NCBI GenBank assembly: GCA_000165345.1
Contig: CM000434.1
Coordinates: 928,001-992,000, forward strand
Direction: 5' to 3'
DNA: 64,000 nucleotides
Shown: positions 20,166 to 31,000 of the stretch, one piece after another
How the letters are laid out: every line of letters starts with the position of its first letter
How positions within the stretch are numbered: position 1 is the stretch's first letter
The notes under the pieces: model-generated
Seen by the model: the letters and a program-made list of their open reading frames with translations, nothing else
Database searches by the model: none
Told to the model about the DNA's origin: nothing
Program-made: the position numbers and the translations under genes

Positions 20166-20555
20166 TTATAAACTTACAGGTTCAGGGGTAAATACCCAAT
20201 TAATGATTAATTTTCCAATTTTATAAATAATATAAATTGGGATTAGCAAAAAAATATACCAGAAATAGTTTGATACAACGGATAATATTGCAACCATAGA
20301 GTTTAAGATATATACATCTTGGTACATTGAATATCCAACTCCAACCTCTAAACGGGATTTAATGCTGGAGTACGTAAAAAAGTAAATGGAAGAAATTATT
20401 GCAAATCCAATGCCTGATTTTCCAATCAGTTTTGATGGGCTATATAGTCCTTTAAAAATGAAATGAATTGAAATACAAGAAATCATTATATAAAGGTAAA
20501 TTGATGTGTATTTGGCAGCTTCTTTAGCTATTCTTTTTGCTGATTGTCCTGCCAT
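20166..20555 (-). CDS. Small multi-pass membrane protein (129 aa as a single ORF); a possible additional 3' exon is described in findings
   Basis: MAGQSAKRIAKEAAKY... is followed by three to four hydrophobic helices (IYLYIMISCISIHFIF, IGFAIISSIYFFTY, MVAILSVVSNYFWYIFLLIPIYIIY). The ORF ends ...TPEPVSL*, but the last codons are CCT|GTAAGTTTA, a perfect splice-donor consensus. Confidence 0.45.
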   Translation of the reverse strand: MAGQSAKRIAKEAAKYTSIYLYIMISCISIHFIFKGLYSPSKLIGKSGIGFAIISSIYFFTYSSIKSRLEVGVGYSMYQDVYILNSMVAILSVVSNYFWYIFLLIPIYIIYKIGKLIINWVFTPEPVSL

Positions 20556-20757
20556 ACTTCAACTTTGCAAAAGTAATTAAAATATATCAAATAAAAGAGA
20601 ACAAAAGTTAATTTATAAGCAAGTATTGCAATAATATTTAAATTATTTATTAAAAATATTATTGTTACAAATTTTGTTCTCAAAATTATTTAAAATAACT
20701 CCTGTTAAGATCCAAACTGAGCGCTGAAATATTTACATTGAAGTTTTTATATGAATT

Positions 20758-22902
20758 TTGGGATTAAAAATTAAATTTTTATTAAAAAAAAATCAACAAA
20801 AAGTACACAGCCTGCAGCTTTTGAATATGAGACTGGTCAGAGCAGTTAAACATATTGGCCAAAATGCAGAAAAGTTCAGGTTTGATCTAAGAGTTGAGAA
20901 TCTTCATATTTTTCTACACGAACAGTGTGAAATTACTATTGATTGGATAAGAGGCCCAAAGAGGATTTCTGGAAAAGAAGCTGTATCATGCGTGAATGGA
21001 AGTATAATACATCCTTTCTACCAGCCAATGGTCTTGATTGCAACACTATTCCAAAAATCCTCTCAGAAACAAGGAAAAACTCAAGCAAATTCTGAAACAT
21101 TCTTACCCAAGGATTCTAGACTTGTTATATACGGTAAATTTAAAGATAATCCCTTGGTTTCATTGATTGGAGAGGTCCCTTTAGAGCTTTCAAGCTTTGC
21201 AAACAGCTATAGACTAGCAGGTTATGAAACTTCTGAGCCGGTAAAAGTTGAAATTCCATTAATTAAATGCTCAGACCCAAATTCATATATTGAGATTTAT
21301 ATCTCATGTTCTTCTTTAGGCCAAGTTTCTGAGGGATTTGATGATACAGCTTCTATGATGTCCGGATTTACCACAGTTTATACCGAGATTTCTGACAATC
21401 CAATACAAAACTTAAATGAATTTAAAAATAACTTTGTTAGGGTTAATGAATTATCTTCTGTTCATAACAATGGAATTACTCAAAAAGAATTTCTTGGCAA
21501 ACATTCTGATAAAAAAAAGGATAACAAATTATCATGTGAAAGTACATTAGGAATTCCAATGTTTTCAATCAAAGAAGATATTGAGGTTATTAATGAAACA
21601 GTTAGAGAGGCGGAAGAGTTAACCGAAACTGCTACTATTGTTGATGTTGAAGTTAATAATGAAAAGTTGGAATCTCAGATCCATGAGATTCGTCAGGGTA
21701 AAGATGAATCAGAAACAAAAAATAATGGATTAAGCCAAATTAATAATGAGGGTAGTCAAAGAGTTACTCCAAGTTATTACCCAAATCCAATGATTAAGAT
21801 GCCAGGCCAATCCATGGAAAACTTTAAGGCACTTGATGTTGCTTCAGATCAGGGAATTGCAAAAGTTTCATCTCCTCAGTCATCAACATCTTATGAGATA
21901 CTTACACAAAGGTTATACATGGAACAGGAGGAAAATAAAAGAAGGATTCATGAATATAACATGGAGATTAACTCTTTAAAACAACAACTACAGATATATT
22001 CAGAGCAGGAAAAGAGTTGGAAGCAGAGGGAAGCAGATTTGATGAATGAAATCATGATTTTGAGGAATACTGAGGACTTGAGTGATAAGCCTGACAATAA
22101 AAATGGTATTGAAAACAATAAATGCACAAAGGTTGTAGGCTTGGATGATTATTGCCTATTACAACAGGAAGTTAGTGAGCTTACTGGAATTAGAGATGAG
22201 TTGAGACGTCTAAGAGAATCCGATAGATTTAAATATGAAAAGTATATTGCACAATTAGAAAATCAAATTCAAGATATTACTAAACAACTTGAAGTTTATA
22301 AAAAGAATGGCCGAATTCAGGATGAAGTTGAGGAAGAAATCTTCTCCATTCCAAAGCATCCAACCTTTTTTGCTACTGCTAATAGTAATATTTCAGATTT
22401 TACTACAGTTAATAAGACTAATAAGTTGAATGCTTCTATTGGAGATGATGTTGCAACTGGAAATCATAGTATAGATATACCTGCGGATCATAACCAGAAT
22501 TTGGAACGAGGTTCATCGAACCATAATCTCTCTTACGGATTTGAAGAAATTGAAAGAGAATTAATATCTACTAAGCTTGCCTTGGCACAGACAGAAACTA
22601 ACTATCAAGTTGAAGTCAATAATTTGAGGAGTAGAATCGAAAAGCAAAGGAAGCAGCTACTTTCTTATAGTTCATATGTTGGCAATTTGGAAGTTATTAA
22701 TGCTGATTTGAAATATGGAGCAAGAAAGCACAAGGATTTAAAGTCTCTAAATGAAGAGTTGGATGAAAGCTCTATTGAGAATCAAAATAAGCAGACCTTT
22801 ATTAACTCACAGGACAGCGATGGTAGTAGCAAGACAAAGAGTGGGGGAAATATGAATACAATAAATTCGTATTGGAAGACTTTCAAGCAGAGAATAAGAT
22901 GA
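20758..22902 (+). CDS. N-terminal C2-like (NT-C2) domain protein with a long C-terminal coiled coil (714 aa)
   Basis: The N-terminal approximately 160 aa (FRFDLRVENLHIFLHEQCEITIDWIRGPKRISGKEAV...RLVIYGKFKDNPLVSLIGEVPLELSSFANS) fit the NT-C2 / EEIG1-EHBP1-type pattern. The C-terminal half is a heptad-rich coiled coil (LQIYSEQEKSWKQREADLMNEIMILRN...). Confidence 0.55.
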   Translation: MGLKIKFLLKKNQQKVHSLQLLNMRLVRAVKHIGQNAEKFRFDLRVENLHIFLHEQCEITIDWIRGPKRISGKEAVSCVNGSIIHPFYQPMVLIATLFQKSSQKQGKTQANSETFLPKDSRLVIYGKFKDNPLVSLIGEVPLELSSFANSYRLAGYETSEPVKVEIPLIKCSDPNSYIEIYISCSSLGQVSEGFDDTASMMSGFTTVYTEISDNPIQNLNEFKNNFVRVNELSSVHNNGITQKEFLGKHSDKKKDNKLSCESTLGIPMFSIKEDIEVINETVREAEELTETATIVDVEVNNEKLESQIHEIRQGKDESETKNNGLSQINNEGSQRVTPSYYPNPMIKMPGQSMENFKALDVASDQGIAKVSSPQSSTSYEILTQRLYMEQEENKRRIHEYNMEINSLKQQLQIYSEQEKSWKQREADLMNEIMILRNTEDLSDKPDNKNGIENNKCTKVVGLDDYCLLQQEVSELTGIRDELRRLRESDRFKYEKYIAQLENQIQDITKQLEVYKKNGRIQDEVEEEIFSIPKHPTFFATANSNISDFTTVNKTNKLNASIGDDVATGNHSIDIPADHNQNLERGSSNHNLSYGFEEIERELISTKLALAQTETNYQVEVNNLRSRIEKQRKQLLSYSSYVGNLEVINADLKYGARKHKDLKSLNEELDESSIENQNKQTFINSQDSDGSSKTKSGGNMNTINSYWKTFKQRIR

Positions 22903-23125
22903 TTCAAAATTTCATTTTTCTTTTTTTTTGTTGGGTTTATATAGTTTTATATTAATTTAATTTAATTTTGAAAATTATCATTCTATTCAAATTATATTAA
23001 AAAAAAGATATTTAGAGGATTAATCATTTAGGATTTAATTGCAAGTTTAAAAAGTAAAAATTTATAAGCAATTTTTTTCTATTATTTCTAATGAAATGAC
23101 TTACAATATTTTTGTAAATTCAGGT

Positions 23126-24646
23126 TTAATTAGATACCTGAATGTTTTTATTTAGATTTTGTCTTAAAAATGGCTTATTTTTTATTGATTTGAAAAGCGG
23201 TTCGCTATTTTTTTCCGATCTTCTCAAACTTTTACACTTGCTTTCGTGCAAAGACTCTTTTTTAGATACCCATTCTAAAATTTTTTCAATTAAATCCTGA
23301 AATCCTATTTCTCTGGTTAGAATATGCGACATTTTCTTACAAGTAATTGGCCATAGTACAAATTCTGATTCTATATTACTTTCGGTAGATTCAAATTGTT
23401 GGATTTGATTGATTGATTGATTAAAATAACTAATAGTACTTTCACTTCCTTCAAAGTCTGTCAATATGTCATGGACACAATGACATATTAATAGAGGAAC
23501 ATCAATTGGATAATAATTTAAATTATCTCTGACTGCATCAGTATAATTCAAAAGACTTTTACACATTAGAGCCTTGACTCTTTTACTGTAGTATAAAGGA
23601 TCACATTTAGAAAAGGAAGTGATATACTCACAAACTGGATTATTTATTCTAGATCCAATTTGTAAATTTGGGAATAAATAGGATGCGATTGGTAGTAAGG
23701 GAAGCATGATTTTATTTATTGTTTTTTTCTTAATAGATTCCAAGCTTAACATAGGGGAAAGTAGGACAATGCAAACTAATCTTGACCTTAAGCATTTAAC
23801 AATTGATTTATCTTGAAACCCATCCAGATTATCTTCTTGGCATATTTGACCAATGTACTCAGCAAGTCTTAAAGCAATAGCTCCACCCATTGAAATACCA
23901 CAGATAATAATTTTTTCTCCAAAGGTATCTTTGAAGCAACATCCTGTGTCAGAACAATGAATACATATTTTTGTTCTTAAGTTGTTAATAGTGTCTTTAA
24001 CGTTAACTTTGTGTATTTTGGAAGAATATAGAAAAAATTCATTTTCTTTATCGCTTTTGCCTTTTTCTTCATATTTTATATCATAATTAGTAGTAATTTC
24101 ATTATTCCAAGAATGTGATGAAACTTGAAAATTCTTCAGTTCGTTATTTTTATCACCAGAATGTTTAAGTAATTCAATTTTCAACATTTGTATGATGTTA
24201 AAACAGTTATTATCCAAATTTTCAGTGTTACACTTAGAACCTTGTGAAAATCCATGACCTTCTAAATCTAGTGATATAACATCATAACCTTTTTTATTGA
24301 AGTACTCAATATAGCTTCCATTATAAGTTGTAACAAATTGAGACTTATTGAAGGGAGTATTATTATCATTATTTTTATTTCGAGTACAATGATTTTTGGA
24401 AATATCAGTTTCATTGTATTCTAAATCTTTATTCTCCACAATATTCATATATTCAGATAAAGTATGACAAGAATAGCCATGTATTAACAAAGCTGTTCCT
24501 TTCCTTGTTTGGTTTGGTTCAACTTTAAAGTAGTGGTAACATTGCATTAATCCGCTCTTTTCACTTTGAAATCTGGTGGAAGAGAACTTTTTCTCTTTAC
24601 AGTAATGATCAGGGGAAACAGAGTACTCGTCGATAAATTGGTTCAT
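23126..24646 (-). CDS. Alpha/beta-hydrolase fold protein, likely a lipase / lysophospholipase-like serine hydrolase
   Basis: Nucleophile elbow G-x-S-x-G (IICGISMGGAIALRLAEY), an upstream LLIHGYSCH block (oxyanion-hole region), and C-terminal D/H-containing segments (CHCVHDILTDFEG). 506 aa. Confidence 0.7.
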   Translation of the reverse strand: MNQFIDEYSVSPDHYCKEKKFSSTRFQSEKSGLMQCYHYFKVEPNQTRKGTALLIHGYSCHTLSEYMNIVENKDLEYNETDISKNHCTRNKNNDNNTPFNKSQFVTTYNGSYIEYFNKKGYDVISLDLEGHGFSQGSKCNTENLDNNCFNIIQMLKIELLKHSGDKNNELKNFQVSSHSWNNEITTNYDIKYEEKGKSDKENEFFLYSSKIHKVNVKDTINNLRTKICIHCSDTGCCFKDTFGEKIIICGISMGGAIALRLAEYIGQICQEDNLDGFQDKSIVKCLRSRLVCIVLLSPMLSLESIKKKTINKIMLPLLPIASYLFPNLQIGSRINNPVCEYITSFSKCDPLYYSKRVKALMCKSLLNYTDAVRDNLNYYPIDVPLLICHCVHDILTDFEGSESTISYFNQSINQIQQFESTESNIESEFVLWPITCKKMSHILTREIGFQDLIEKILEWVSKKESLHESKCKSLRRSEKNSEPLFKSIKNKPFLRQNLNKNIQVSN

Positions 24647-24913
24647 ATTCTTCTTTTTTTCTAAAGTAATTGTCTTGATTCTTATGTATTTACCCTATTA
24701 ATTTCTGTAATTCAGTGCTTATATAAAAAATTTCCCTTCCCCAATATACAACAACAAATAAAACTGATCAATTAGCTTTCAATAAACGGCGTTTACTTTT
24801 TTAACTTTAATATGTGCTATGTTTCTGAATCTGTAATTTTTTTGGTTTTATTAACAATTTTTCAGACTGCATGATTGCTTTCCCCTCGTTAGGATTTACA
24901 AGAATGTGAGAAA

Positions 24914-24968
24914 CCGCCAAATCTTGGGATTTATTTTACCATTATTGTCGATGTTTGCATGCAAGTAT
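24914..24968. promoter_or_regulatory. Promoter-type motif pair upstream of the hydrolase gene: CCGCCAAA plus TTTGCATGCAAG
   Basis: ccgccaaa at 24914-24921 and tttgcatgcaagta at 24955-24968, about 270-320 bp upstream of the minus-strand ATG at 24646. Confidence 0.45.
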
Positions 24969-25736
24969 TAATAAAGTTTAGAATAATTAAGTTTCAATTT
25001 ATTTTATATTTCTTGTAGAAAACATAGGTTTTGTAAGGCTTATTTACTCTATTTTAATAACTTTGCGATTTATACCTTTGTTTTTATATAAAAATTTACC
25101 AATAAATAAATATTTTAAATGAGTAATAAAATTTATTATTTTGTTTCATACTTCTTTTTTAATAAACAGTATTAGTAATTAAAATAATTATTAATGTGGA
25201 TGGATTGCATGCAAACACCGGTATATGAAAAATGAACATTACATGCCATAATTTGCAAGCTAGTGAGTGGACGCTAATCCTATACCGGCATAAAAGTCAA
25301 TTTTTATATGTGGATAAATAATAATTTTGAAATTATGAATAATTTAGTATTATTATAAGCTAAAGTTTATAGTTAAAATTTAATTGGGCAAAAAAGTCAC
25401 CAATAGCAATATTATTGAATATTGCATGTAAAGTGGCTTTTTTAAGCATTAAATGCCTAAGAGTTATAATTAATAAGTATGTAATAAAAAGTGCAATTAA
25501 AATTCCATATTAATATGAATACCTATTTATAAATGAAGAATAATTGGTTTTAAGTAATATTAAAAATGATCAAGTAATCACATTTAACCTTTAAGAACAG
25601 TAAATTAAGAGGCGCCAAAATGTACAGCACAATTTGTCATGCATTAACATTAATTTGTTTTACTGTGGGAAAAAAAAGGATAAAGTCAAGCTAGATAGAT
25701 TTAGGAAGAAAGAATTATTAAATTTAAGATATTGAG

Positions 25737-26768
25737 ATGGAATTTTTCATAAGGAGTGAAATAATAAAGAATGAGGAGAATAATACAGTAAAAAGTTTGT
25801 TAAAAAATTTGTTAGAAATGTTAGAATTGGCATTCCAAGAATCAATAATGAATATTGATGGTTTGGTAGAACAACAGATAAGAAATTTGGAAAGATATGA
25901 ACGATTTATTGGTAGTACAAAGCTACTTGAGGAAGTTAGTATTCATGATGCGAGAAAGATTGTGCATATAGGACACCCTAAGTATAAACTAAATGACATT
26001 GTAAATAAAGCAAGTAAATTAAGAGATAGTTTAAAAGGCAATGGAATGGATTCTCTTGGAATTATTCGATTTAACAATCCTAATCATCTAACTGATTCAA
26101 ATAAAAATGCAAAAAATTTCTCGATTAATCAAATAACAGAAAATAAAAATGAAGAGAACTTAACTTTGGACTTATTATTATTCGAAGAAACCCAAAGTTA
26201 TGAGGAAAGGTATCTGATTTCAAATGAGATACATGATTACTATTGTTATGGAAATCATGAATATAATTTATTCTTTAATAATTTTTATAAAGATTATGAA
26301 CTTGGGATATTGGAAGAGTTTAACACTCATAATTTTGATATAGACCTTAATATAGACTCTAATTCTAATTCAATTTATAAAATTGAATCAAATCCAAGTT
26401 CAAATTCAAATTCAGGTCTAGAAATTGAAGAAATTCCTATTCCCCATCAAAGTTTTGGCTCAAGTTCTTCTTTGGAATCTAGTCCTTATTCACAGTATAA
26501 ACCTAAGTCTCAGACTAACTACAATCTCGATTCCAACTCAAATTCAGAAGAAAATATTTCCCACTCTTGGTCTACAGTTTTAACTCCTCAAAATACAAAA
26601 ATTTCTGAAGAATCTTCAGACCGTTTTGTAAATAGATCAATAAGTAAATTGAAGCCAGATCAAAAGGAGATAATATCAATAGATAAGGGTAAAGAGTCAC
26701 CTGACGTTTTAAAAGCTATAGGATACTGTCATACTTCATCATTCTATACAGTAAAGAGTTTGGAATAA
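25737..26768 (+). CDS. Hypothetical Asn/Ser-rich protein (343 aa)
   Basis: ORF with an ordered N-terminal approximately 110 aa (LLKNLLEMLELAFQESIMNIDGLVEQQIRNLERYERFIG) followed by N/S-rich low complexity. A GGCGCCAAAA box sits at 25611-25620, about 120 bp upstream. Confidence 0.4.
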   Translation: MEFFIRSEIIKNEENNTVKSLLKNLLEMLELAFQESIMNIDGLVEQQIRNLERYERFIGSTKLLEEVSIHDARKIVHIGHPKYKLNDIVNKASKLRDSLKGNGMDSLGIIRFNNPNHLTDSNKNAKNFSINQITENKNEENLTLDLLLFEETQSYEERYLISNEIHDYYCYGNHEYNLFFNNFYKDYELGILEEFNTHNFDIDLNIDSNSNSIYKIESNPSSNSNSGLEIEEIPIPHQSFGSSSSLESSPYSQYKPKSQTNYNLDSNSNSEENISHSWSTVLTPQNTKISEESSDRFVNRSISKLKPDQKEIISIDKGKESPDVLKAIGYCHTSSFYTVKSLE

Positions 26769-28062
26769 ATTTTAAAATATGAGCCCCACCCTTCCCTCCA
26801 CAGTGTTTCGGAAGTAAAATTCAAATTACTCAATTTATAAACAATAATATCACTAAGCTTTCTACACACTTTATAATCGGTAATTGCATACTAGCAATCT
26901 TATCAATTCAATTAAATACAAGTTCACTCTAACTTTTAACTCTTACAAGAACTATTCTACAAACCATCTATTTACTAATCAGGGTTTTCCCCACAAAATT
27001 CCAATTTCAAGCATAATAAGTTCCTCCAAGAAAGAATTTTAAAAATTGGCTGTAAAATATAAAGCAAAGGTATTCATAATAAATAATTACAGTATATATG
27101 AATATATTATCCCATCAAAAATTTTTTTTTAGCAATAATTAATATATTTGATTCCAGTCCAAATTTACGCGGGAAACTGTGTGCGCAATTAATAGTCAGT
27201 TACCTATTTTTGGATATGAATGCTCATGCTTAAGTATTAATTCTACAAATTCGACTTTATGAATGCAAATAATATAATGAAGAAATCATTATTGAAATTA
27301 CTCTGAATGCATTTATTCGCCTATTTTAATATTGAAAGTCAATAATTAACTTATGGGTTTAATCCAACCAGTTCATTATTTAGAGTTATCAATACTTGCA
27401 AATTATTTTATAAAAAAGAAAATTCTATCTAACAAAGCCAAGTTATTAACTGGTCCACTTATTTACATATCAGTTCATCCACTAACCTTCCTCCCCCAAA
27501 AACTTAGTCATACTACTATTAAACAGAAAAAAAGTCGACGAAATTTTACATGGCGTTTCTCATTCATCACAATCCTAATTCATCAAATTATATGGCATTT
27601 TACAAAATCTATCCACCTTTCTTCGGCCATCCCTTCCCTAGAATGGCTTCAAGGCTAAATAAAGTGCATGGCAGCCCGCCTTTTTATCATCCCCAAGAGT
27701 CGTTCAAGCGAATTGTGAAAATCAAATAATGCAAAATAAAGATATCAATCAAGCATAAATGAAAACTAGTACATACCATTTTCATATTCTTACATTCATA
27801 AATATTCACATTTATGGGTTATTCACAATTTCACATACTTCTTTTTAATATATATTAATTTCAGATACAAATATTTAATGGGTATACGTACACGCACGTC
27901 TCCATTCAAAATGTCACCCCAAAAAAAAGTGTATGTAACTATCCGTCTGTTGTTGTCTCTTGGGGTTGGCGCAACGCACATACAATAGTCAAAATCTGAA
28001 CAAGTAATAACTTTTGTGTATGGGAGTGGGCTAATTAGTGGATTATCAGGAATCTTATAAAA

Positions 28063-31000
28063 ATGGAAGAACAAGAGAGGAATGGGCCAGCTATTAATGG
28101 GGACCAGTCTGTTTCTCGACCTTATGCTGCCATATCAGTATCAGCAATGCCCCAAAACCAGAATAGGCCATTACAATCATTTGTTCCAGTCCCTGAAGGA
28201 GAAAGCAATGACTTGAATATCAGAGAGGTTCAAACTTCTACAAATACTTCTATGGCGGAAGATAATGCTCAACTGTTACCTATCAATCATTCTTTTTCCA
28301 AGCATACTGACTCTATTCCAGCAGTATCTAAACTAAATACTACTGTTTCCATTAATAACAGTAATAGCGCCACAAACACTAATGCAAATCCTATAAGCTT
28401 TAAATCTAATATAGCAAGTGGAAACATTGAGCCAAGTGGTAACAGTAATAACTGCTCTGGAAATACTCAAAATGGTACTTTAAATTTAGATTTATACCAA
28501 GCCGCTCAACAGATCCAAACAGGGAACCAGGCAAAGCCAATAATTGCAGGTTTAGGAAACACTAATGGATCTCTTAATACTCCTTTGCAGTTTACTGCTG
28601 AGCAAATTCACCAGCAACAGTTGATGTTACTAAATGCGATACAACAACAACATATTAAGCAACAACAACAACAGCAACAGCAACAGCAACAACAGCAACA
28701 GCAACAACAACAACAACAACAACAACAACATATTAAGCAACAACAACAGCAACAACAGCAGCAGCAGCAACAACAACAACAACAACAGCAACAACAACAA
28801 CAACAACAACAGCAACAACAACAACAGCAAGCACAAAATCCTTCACAATTACATGCGCAATTGCATGCACAACAGATCTTTAATACTATGATCCCCCAAC
28901 ATGCTCAGATTAATCCAATGATTTTTCAAAATCCAATATTAATGAATGCACTTCAGTCAGGTGGGACAAATCCAATGGGTGTTCCATCACAACAAGTAGT
29001 GGGCCAACCTCATTCACCACACCCAATGGGCTTGCAGCCTTTTCCTATGCATTCAATATTGCTGCCAACCCTATTACAAGCTCAAATTCAGGCACAAATG
29101 AGACAGACATCATCAAACCAGTCAGTTCCGTCCAGTATTTCAGTGGAGAATAGTTCAATTGCAAAAGGAGTAAGCCAAGGTATAGGAAAACTTCCGGCAG
29201 ACTCTCATGAAGCAAAAAGTACTAATAACGAGAATATTGCTCCCTCTGGAGACGAGAATAATGCGAATGATAGTAAGGCAGAAGAGACTATTACAAATAA
29301 CTTGATTAGTTCTACTTTAGCAACCGAGGAAAAGAAAGGAGGAGATGATAATGATGCAACCTCCCAAGGTATAGGTATAAGCTCAGCCCCTTCTCAAGTA
29401 GCAAATGATAGCAATGGTATAGTAGAGAATTCTCAACCCGCTAAAACTAAGGAGGAAAGTAAAGAAACAACGGGATTATCTTCTCAAGAAAATACTCAAT
29501 TAACTGAACTAAAATCTAACATTGATAAGGCAGACTCTAATGCCATTACTGGGCCAGTTCAACAAATGGATTCAAATTCAGTTAAGACTTCTCCATCATT
29601 AGTTCCAAACTCTGGAGGGAACCAACTTACAACTCCATTATTAAATCAATCTCAGCAACAGGCACAACATGCAGCATTAATTCAAGGAGGGTTGTTGCCA
29701 GGGCTTGGTATTCCAATGACCCAACCAGGCGTTCCAGGTGTTCCAGGTGTTCCAGGTGTTCCAGGTGTTCCAGGTGTTCCAGGTGTTCCAGGTGTTCCAG
29801 GCGTTCCAGGCGTTCCAGGCGTTCCAGGAAGCCAAGGAGGATTAGTTAATCCATTTTTGATGATGCAAAGAATGTCTGCAGCAAATCCTATGCTTTTAGC
29901 ATTCAACCCTCAGCTAGCTGCTGCTGCTGCTGCAACAGCTGCAACATCTACAGGTTCAGGAGGACAGGCTCAAATTCCAGCTCAACCTCAAAATATGCCT
30001 CCAATTGTTCCTCCTACTCCCCAAGGTGTTGCACAACAACTTTCCCAAATGATGGGTTTCATGGGAGGGGGTGGAGGTTCTGGAGGAATTGAGGGTTTCC
30101 ACCAATTCTTCCCTGGATTAAATATGGGTGGGGAATATATTGGAGGATTACTTCCAGGAGCTTTAGCTGCAGCTGGACTGAACATTGGAGGAGGTATTAA
30201 TAGTGCAAATGCAGGTGTAGGGGGTGGAAATAATAATGCAGGATTTAATGGAATGGTACCGGGAATAATAGGATCAGGAATTGGTGGAGGATGTTTATTG
30301 GAAAATGATCTTGAAAGATTACATTCTCATGCAGAAAGTCTTGTAAAGACTTTATTAGATACATCAGTACCTAAATCAGGTATTAGATTACGCCTTGAAT
30401 GGGATAGAAGAAGATATTGTTTTAAATTTACAGTCTACCAAATAGAAGAAGTGAGGGATTCTCTTGGTTATCAAAAGAAAAGATTAATACCAATCGACCA
30501 AGATGAGTTATTTGTCAATGTGAATGCATCAAAACAATTAAGCATAGACAATGTGGAAAAAGCAATGTGGAGTGCGTTTGTTTCTGTTCGTCATACTTTG
30601 GCGAAGTACTGTGATCGGCAAGCTGGGCAACGACGTCAAAGCGGGGCAGGCTTAACCTCAACTGCATCAGGACGTAACTTAGGATCCAATTCCCTTGTTA
30701 AGTTGGATGAGAGCGGTCTAATTTCTGGTATTAGCGGAAAAGTTAACAAATCATTGAAGAAGGATGAGCAATTGCATGGTGGATTATTGGATGGCAAAAA
30801 GTATATCCCAGGTAGTGTGGGAGGAGGATTAATTTCCGACTTACCTGGTATTGGAGCAGGTGCTGCTGGTCTTGGAGGTAGAACATATAAATCTGATCCA
30901 TATAGTAATAATGTAGGAGGAATTGGTTCAGCAGGAGGAGTATCTATGGGCGGAAATTCTTCAATTGGTACAAGGGGAAGAAGAGGTTATGGTAGTGGTA

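Noticed and set aside
27353-28074. ORFs 27353..27658 (+) and 27823..28074 (-); similarly 1139..1339, 38017..38384, 43898..44188, 52304..52516
   Set aside because: Short ORFs in AT-rich intergenic DNA with promoter motifs, with composition typical of noncoding sequence (I/F/L/K/N-rich) and no recognisable features. Most plausibly spurious, although a tiny protein cannot be excluded without expression data.
28630-29906. Poly-Leu (28630..28836), poly-Asn/Ser (28634..28891) and PGTPGT (29682..29906) ORFs
   Set aside because: Alternate-frame or antisense readings of the CAA/CAG and PGV nonamer repeats within the 5.1-kb Q-rich gene.
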